61,949 nt of DNA, from NCBI GenBank assembly GCA_945929875.1, contig CAMEOO010000003.1:1-61949 (forward strand), read 5' to 3'. Made by a program: the position numbers and the translations under genes. The first letter of the stretch is position 1. Each line of letters starts with the position of its first letter. Origin of the DNA: an uncultured Bacillales bacterium (GTDB lineage: Bacteria > Bacillota_I > Bacilli_A > RFN20 > CAG-449). The notes below the pieces were generated by a model. The model made no database searches and was not told where the DNA came from. It saw only the letters and a list, made by a program, of their open reading frames with translations. Shown here one piece after another: positions 49,501 to 58,500 of this stretch.

Positions 49501-52500
49501 CGAAACAATTAAGTCATTTAATAACTCTTCAACATATAATTCCATAAAGAACACTAACACTATTTATACTGATAGTGGTTGCACAAAGGAATTAGATAAA
49601 ATTCCAGGTGTTTCTAGTGGTTATTATAATGAATTAAAAGGTGAAGTAGGTAGTGATAAATGGATTTACTATAAACTTACAATCGCAGAATTGGAAGATT
49701 TATATAATAAACTAGATGGTGCTAGTAGAATTTATTTTGGATATCCTGATGATAGTTCAAATAAGTTCTTATCTTATAATTCAGTTGATTATTATCTTTA
49801 TACATATAATGGTTTATGGTATAGACAATGTGCTTCTAATACAACATATAACCCAAGTACAACCTACTACGTTAATTATAATGGAGAATATGTTAACTAT
49901 AAAACTTTAAGTGACCAAGAAAGCATTACAATTGCTGTTAATATAAGCACAAAAGGTCTTTCTAATATCGGAGATACTTCAGGAAATAATATTTATAATG
50001 CGATTTCTAAAGGTACTACCTATGATAGTTCGTTAAAATATTTTATTAAATCTGGAACTAGTTATACTCAAGTTAATGATATAACATTTGATTCAACTTA
50101 CTATTATTTAGAGAGTACGGCTTCACTTAGAAATGTATATAGTAGTAGCGATACATACTACACCAAGAATAGTGACAATACTTATAGCGTTGTTTCTGAT
50201 TCTGGAACAATCACTTTAGGAAATACCTATTATCAATTAAAATATACTCCAAGTTCAAAAACTTATGATAATGGAAATACCTATTATGAGTATTCAAATG
50301 GTTCTTACGTAAAAGTTAATAATAGCGATGTTCAATTTAGTGAAACTTATTATTATGGCTTTGAGAAAGTCGCTGACAATGAAACATATGATCCAAATGT
50401 TTCTTACTTTAAATTAAATGGAGATAATTATTCTTTAATTACTAACACAGAAGATAATTATTTAACATTTAGCAATACTTATTACACATTTAATGATGTC
50501 ACTGGAAATTCTTATTCTTCTACATCAAAATATTATACTTTCGATGGAACAAGATATACCTTAGCTAGTGCTATTAAATTTGATAGTAATTATTACTATA
50601 ACTTTAAACCTACTTCTGGAAATTATGATTCATCCTTAAGTTACTTTGCTAAAAATGGAAGTGGAGGATACTTAGTTACTAGTGAAGTAGTTGATTTAAC
50701 TTACTGCTATGAATTAGACCATGTAGAAGCTAGTGGTTCAAAATATGATAGTAAGATCGAATATTGTGAAAAGATAGATAATTATTATCAAGTAAAAACA
50801 TTCGATATAGCTAGTAGTTTATTAGGATACTATACATTAGAAAAAGAAACAGGAAAATTTGATTCATCTAAAGTTTACTACGCTAAAAATAATTATTTAA
50901 CTAAGACTACAGATGCAAATGAAACAAACATTTCTAGCGGTGATTTCTATATAATTAAAGATCAATATACTTCTGAATCTTTCTATGACAGCGGATTGAC
51001 TTATTATGTTTCTATAGATGATTTAAATACATTAAGAGAAGCTAATATTTCAGTTGATGGAACATATTATGATATAGCTACTACTCCTTCTACTACTAAA
51101 GATCCAAATAAGAAATACGTTACTATTTCTTATGAGAAATTAGCTATTAAGATTGTGGATGAAGGAAGTTATTCTCAACCATATGATGAAGAAAATCCAT
51201 ATTTAGGTTATTATGGTTTATATCAACAATATGTAGAAGCAAATCAATCGATTACTTTAGCTACTTATGAAGAAATAGGTGGTTATGCTCCTGAAGGAAA
51301 AGCATTTGCTGGTTGGGCAACTGCTCTATCTAGTAATCCTAGTATTGTTTATGCAGATGGAAAAGTAATTAATGTTGGACAAGGTGAAGGGCTAGTCCTT
51401 TATCCAGTGTTTGCAGATGCTACATATACTGTTTATACTTCTATTGGCCCTGGTTATACAATTGTTAAACCTGATGGAAGTAAGATGGGTAACGTTGTAC
51501 GTAGTCAAAACCAAGAAGTTAAATTCATGGTTGAAGCTAGTACTGGTTATGATAAAAATTCTATCGTAGTTTCTTTACTAGATAAAAAGAACCAAGTTCT
51601 TGTAGAGAATCTATCAAGTTCAAATGGAATTTATACTATTCCTAGTACATTAATGTCTGATTGTTACATTAATGTAAGTATCAGTGCAAATACTTATACA
51701 ATTACTTTTGATAAGACTTATGAAGGTGGAACATTCACTTTAGCAAACGACAGCGTTGAAGTAGTATATGGAACAAATACTACTACTCCTTCAATTAGCG
51801 TTCCTCAAGGTTTATTAGAAGGCTATTCATTTACTGGTTGGTATTATGGTAATACCAAGATTACAAATGAATATGGTACTTTATTAAATAGATGGAGCTA
51901 TGATTTTGATGTTACTTTAGTAGCTAAATTTAAAGAAACATTATATTTTGTTCTTGATACAATAGATAGTAATGGCAATCAAGTTTTACCTTCTGAAATT
52001 ATGTCGGTAGGTAAAGGTGAAACGGTAAGATTTACCGTAAGTAAAACTCTTGCTGGTTATACTTTAAATAATGTTAAAGCTTATAACGAACGCATGGAAG
52101 ATATTACTAATACCGAAAACTTTAAATTTACAATCTATAATGAATCATATTCATTCACTATGCCAAGTAATACAAACATTACAGTTATTATTACTTATGA
52201 TATTGTTGATTATAGTATCAACTATTCATTAAATGGTGGATATATTTCAACTGGATCAAATCCAACTAGTTACAATGTATTAACTAATACCTTTACTTTA
52301 ATTAATCCAGAGAGACTTGGTTATACCTTCTTAGGTTGGACAGGTACTAATATTACTTTGACAAATAACGTTACTATTGCAAAAGGTAGTACAGGTAATA
52401 GAAGTTACTTTGCTTCTTGGGCTCCTGAAAAATACTCAGTTACATATGAATTCCCAGGACTAGATTCAGATTTAATTTCATCAATTAGTAATAATAATCC

Positions 52501-55500
52501 TTCTTCATACGATATTGAAGATGGAATGATTACTTTAACTAAACCTTCTTTAGAAAATTATACGTTTGTTGGATGGTATAGCGATAATCAACTAAAAACT
52601 CCAATAAGTGAATTTGATTATCACTCAGGTAATATGACTATCTATGGATTATTGCAACCAGTAAAAGCGGTTTACATTGATTTAAAACATGTCTTGAATA
52701 ATGAAGGTGGTTCGATCTATCCAACTTCTACTTATAACTACGTAATGGCTTATTATAATCAAGCTAATTATTCATATTATTTCTCTAATGTAACAGGTAA
52801 TATTATGACAAGGCATTATGATATTGGAATTTATTATGCCGAATTACCAAGAAATGAATATAATCAAGCATATTTACTAATTGTAGAAAATTCAAAGTTA
52901 TCAAATTTAACTCTTGATAAATATTTAACAAGTGATGAGAGCAAAACTAATTTCGCTAATATATATGCAAATTCCGGTTTGATCAATTTGAATTATACTT
53001 ATAGTGGAAGATATCAAAACTTAATTATCTTTAAAGACAATTCTTCGGGAATTAATTCTAGCGATTACAGTCAACTAAAAACGGAAGAATTGACATTTGG
53101 ATATTCAATTCAATCAAACTACATTACTACTTATGATGGTAGTAATAAATTAAACGAAGCATTAAAGAATCCTAGCTTCCCACTTGAAGGAATCACTATC
53201 GATCAAATGACAGTTTACGAAGCTAAAAAAAGTGGATTTATAGAGCTTAAGGGTAAAAATCCAACTGATATCGGTGTTTACTTTGTAAATATTCCTTATA
53301 TTAAGATCGATGGAACTATTGATCCTGATTTGCATAAATTAATCTTGATTGGTATCGACTTTGCTGAGTTTGATATGTCCGGTATTACATTTGAAAATCA
53401 AGTATATGTTCGAGATGGTGGAGCAAAGCAACTATTCATCACCGGTTTATTAGATGAAAAACTTGAAGTTACATACACTTACTATAAACAAGATGGAAAT
53501 GTATTAAATGGTTATCCAGTAGAAGCTGGAACTTATAAAGTTAAAGCAGAGTTTAGTATTGCTTCTAAATATAGCGATATTGCAAGAAACTATAAACTAC
53601 CTGAATCAATGTATGCTACATTAATTATCTATGATAGTGAAAAATCGTTATACACATATACTAACTCATCAGGTAATAGCGTATCTTTATACTTTGCTCT
53701 ATATGTCAATGATAAGATTGAAGCTATTTTGACAGCTCAAAGCGGTAATTCTAATATTTATGAATTATTGAATTATTCATTAAAACAAGGCGATAGCGCT
53801 GTAATTAAAGATTCTAATGGAACATCATATTTATATTGGACAAATACGGATATTTCTACAAATCATCCATTTATCGTCAATGAGGATCAACAATACTCAT
53901 TCTACTTTGATGTTATAGGTGCAAAAACTACGGTTACATATCAAAGTAATATCAAGTCATATGTTAATTATTACTTATATGTTGATGGAGTTATCGCTGG
54001 TCAATTCTATGTAGATACCACATTTGTTGAAAATAGCGACGTTAAGAATCAATACCTATTAGATCATGTCTTTAATGGTAATGAAACTATTGAAATCTAC
54101 TATGGTAAAAAAGGTGAATCAGGTTTTAAATTAATTAATGAATGGGACAATTATGAGCAATTAGAAATCGATATTAATGCTTTTAGTTACTTAACGGAAT
54201 TTTCAGGGGAATACACTTTATACTTGAAAGAACTTAAACTTGCGGACGAAACTACAAAAATGCAAATTTATGTTAAGCTACCACGAGTTCCAGTTTACGT
54301 TACCACTCCATTATCATTTAACGATGTTTATTTATATTATTGGAATGATCAAATGAATAACTCTTGGCGTGGAGAAGCGATGACATTAATTGAATCGATG
54401 ACAAATAATGTTTCTCATACATATATGGGATATATCGATATAACCGCGACAAGTTTAATTTTCAACTTCTACATCGATGGAAATGACAGTTTACAACAAA
54501 CAAAAGACTTAGCTTATACATTTAGAAAGAATTATTATATTCTTGATGAAGACTACAGCGCTACTGTTGTAGAGTGGTTAAAATACACTAAATATCAAAA
54601 TACTTATCAAATTACAACAGATATTAATGAAGAAGCGACCACAAAAGATCAAATTAAGAGTATTAGCGTCAATAGTTTAACTGGTAGAGTTGACTATAGT
54701 TCATTAACTAAAACTGTTACTGTCTTAAAATTAGATAAGATTATCTTTGATGAACTTGGCTTAAGTTATGGTAAAGCAACTTTTGAAGTCGTCGTTACTT
54801 ATGGCGATAATTCTAAAACGACATTTACTATTGAATATATAAGTGATGGAACAAAGATTAATCCTCTATTAGTCTATGATCGAGAAGATTTCTTAAATAG
54901 CGTATATAAAGATGACTTCATTAACAGTGATGGAATTTACTATTTACAAACTGGTAACTTTGAATTATCAAATAAAAATGAGGTAACTGGATTATATGAT
55001 AATACTCCTAGACCTTATAATTCAATTTATCAATTTAATGGTATCTATGATGGTGGAAATAAGACGATTACTTATAATGATGGTACATTTAACTTAGACA
55101 ATTCTAACGGTATCTTTGGAGTAGTAGGAAAAGATGGAAAAGTAGTAAATTTAAATATTGATATTTGCTATGGCGATGATGTAACTGAAACTCCTAGTGG
55201 AACATCATATCACCCTACTAGCGCTTACGAGTTCTATATTGGCTCAGTATCTAGCATTAACTATGGAACAATCGATTCAGTAAATGTCTATTCATCTAAA
55301 GGAATGATAAGATTCTGGGCTATTCAATACTATGGTGGAATTACTGGATTAAATGAAGGTATCATTAACAATTGTAAGGTTACATTAAATTATCAAATTT
55401 ATGATTACAGTGAAAATTGTTCTCGCGCAGTTGGTGGAATTGCTGGATATAACCACAATATTATTACTAATTGTACTGTCGCTAAAGCTAACGCTGCTAA

Positions 55501-58500
55501 CCCATTTATTTTAAGTGATAAACCAGAAGCTAGATTTACTGGCGCTATTGCAGGTATTGAAAATGGTGCCTATAAAGATAAGAGTGATGCTAGTTTGATT
55601 TATCCTGGTTGTTCTTATAATGTGAACTTAACTTTAAATGATTCGAATGTGAATCATGATAAGTCTGATGGAACTACAGAAATTAGTTATGGTGAAAAAG
55701 TAATTGCTACTGTCAATCTTGAATTAATTAACGATTGGATTTTACAAGATTATGGAGAAAATAAAGTATCTGGATTTAAGGTAAGCTATTATACTTCAAA
55801 GGATAGTTTTATCACTAATATGTATTACATGCTAGGATATAATATTTTTGAAGAAAATCCACAGATTGATATCTTTAGGGGAACTAGCTATATTAAATTG
55901 GAAAGAATTACTTATCAAGTTACAACAACTACTTCTCAGGGTAAACAATCCTTAAATGGAGTATTTAGCTTTGATGCGAATAATGTAATTAATGTTAACG
56001 ATAGTGACTTAAAAGATTTAACAAGTGATGCTTCAAATACTCTTGCTATCTATAAGATTACTAGCGGTCTTTCTTACAAGGTACTATCATCAAATAGAGA
56101 AATAACTAACTACGTCATGGTCTATGACAAGACTAAAGTAGGAGTATTTAGCTCAGGACAAGTAATGAAAGTAGAAACCTATGGATCAGATAATAAAATG
56201 ATTAGTATCGATCTATATACTATTGATTTAGACTATGAAAATGAGATTAAGATCTATGCTGGCGCAACTAAATTAATTATTTCTAGATATTCTTCTAGTG
56301 AAGAAACTACTACGGAAGACTATGTGTTTACTATTAATGAAGTTAAAAATAAATCACTATATTTATTCATCGACAATAGTTCAAATAATAGTTATTCATG
56401 GGGCTATGATGGATCTATTAATCATACTGATATTACTGCATATAACTACTTCAATAATGTAGTATCAGAAGAAACAAGTTTAGTATATGTCACATACTTT
56501 GATAAAGATCACAATATTATCACGGAAGCTGAATTTGATTTGTCTTATAATGGAAATAGTTTCTTAGTATTTGAAAACACTTCTTATATGGAGATTAGTT
56601 CTACTATTGGAAAGAACAAATATGTTTCAATTATCGTTAAGATTAAAGAAAATGTCACTAATACCGATAAGCTATATTTCTGGTATAATAATGAAGAAAA
56701 CTTTGATACATATTGTTGGATTAGTAGTGATAAGCCTGCTTCTTATAATGAATTAAATGTTAAATATCTATTAAATGAGTTTACTACAAACAAAGTAGTA
56801 AAAGTAGTAAGTTACGATGCTTCAAATAATGCTATTAGTATTGATGTTTATTCAAATACTGATAGAATAAAAGTTTACTCCTCAACAAGTAAGATGCTTA
56901 TTTCTTCATTTACTAGTAATGGAAATAACTTTAATGTTGTAGTCTCATCTATAGATACAAATAAGACATTATGGATTTACAAAGTTAATGAAATTAGTAG
57001 TTTACTTCCAACAAGTGGAATGAATTATGCCTTTGTTGAAGATAAAGTAGCAAGTTCAAATATTAAGTTTATCAATGAAGAAGTAACATTTAAAAATGGA
57101 AATAGTAGCCTATTAGTAATTAACTATGATTCTAGTAACAATATCATTAATTTATCAACCTACGAATATGCATTAGAAACAAACATTAATGTTTATAGTG
57201 GGACTAGATATATCCTTATTGTTAAATTACTACCTAATGGATGCTCTACTTCTACTTCGATTGATTATTCAACCTATAGTGAAGATAAACCAGTATTAGT
57301 TCTAGATAATGAAGATCATTTATCATGGCAAGCTAGCGATTATCTACCAATTATCGATGAATTTGAAATGCAAATTCAAATCGAAGATTGGAGTAAAACT
57401 ACTTTAATTTATTACTACAATTCTCGTGGTGAATTAATTAAAGAAAAAGAATATCGAACTGCTCCTGTTATGAGTATTTCTCTATATAACAACACAAGTT
57501 ATATGGAAGTTATCTCGAAAGTTGGAGAAACAATTCAATATAAAGTGCAAGCTTCTTCTATCGATACGGGAAAGATTTTATTCATCGTAAAGAACTTAGA
57601 TGATCAATATGTTGGCGTATGGTCTTATGCAATCGACTTACTAATCACTTCTTACATTCCAGTAATTTATGAAGTAAATATCTATAATAAGTTTACCGTA
57701 ACTTGCTATAATTCTGATGGCATTATAATTAATACGATCGTTTATACGATGAATGAGAATAATTACTACTTCTACGATGGAACTGAAAAGATTAAGATAG
57801 TTGCAACAAATGGTAGCGACATCACTAATACATTCAACATCAAAAATACAAGCTTTGACTTGAGTAAGTCTCTTCACTTTGCTTATGATAGCGAAAACAA
57901 TGTCACCGTTTCATTTGGCTTAAATGCCCACGAAGTAAGTGGTGAAAAAGAAGATTACACATTAACTTTAGTCAATACAATTCCTTGGTGGAGTGCAGAT
58001 AACGCTTTAACAAAGATCTATTACATGAATGGATCTAGCGTGGTTACTATCGATACTTATGAATATCAAGATGAACTAGAAATTAAGATCTATAAGAATA
58101 CTAGATCAATCATCATTGCTAGATTAGTCGGTAGATATAATGAAAGTAGTGCAATTAGTATTAATACTCTTCAAAAGGGTAAGACCTTAAAATTATCTTC
58201 ACCTTCAACTGGTAAAGTAGTTGCTTCTTGGATTACTACTTCTGATCAAGAAGAAGCTAAGACTACTTATCTATATCTTGATCCTTCTACAAGTTGGGCA
58301 AGTAATGAAACTAACAAGTATCGTTACGCTTTATATGCTTGGAATAGTTCGGGTAATAGTTGGTTTGACTTTACTTACGACAAAGTTTCAAAATTGTACC
58401 GCGTATCATGGGATGAGGTAATTGTCTTTGATCCTACCGCAATTATCTTTGTTCAATTTAATGAATCTAATGTTACAAATAGCTTTGATTATAAAGTAAA

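Noticed and set aside
41396-58421. Nine short ORFs (60-85 aa) on both strands inside the giant gene. Similar ones lie at 32120-32348, 34141-34353 and 37136-37330
   Set aside because: They are embedded in a continuous 18.8-kb frame (or in other solid genes) and have no independent signals.
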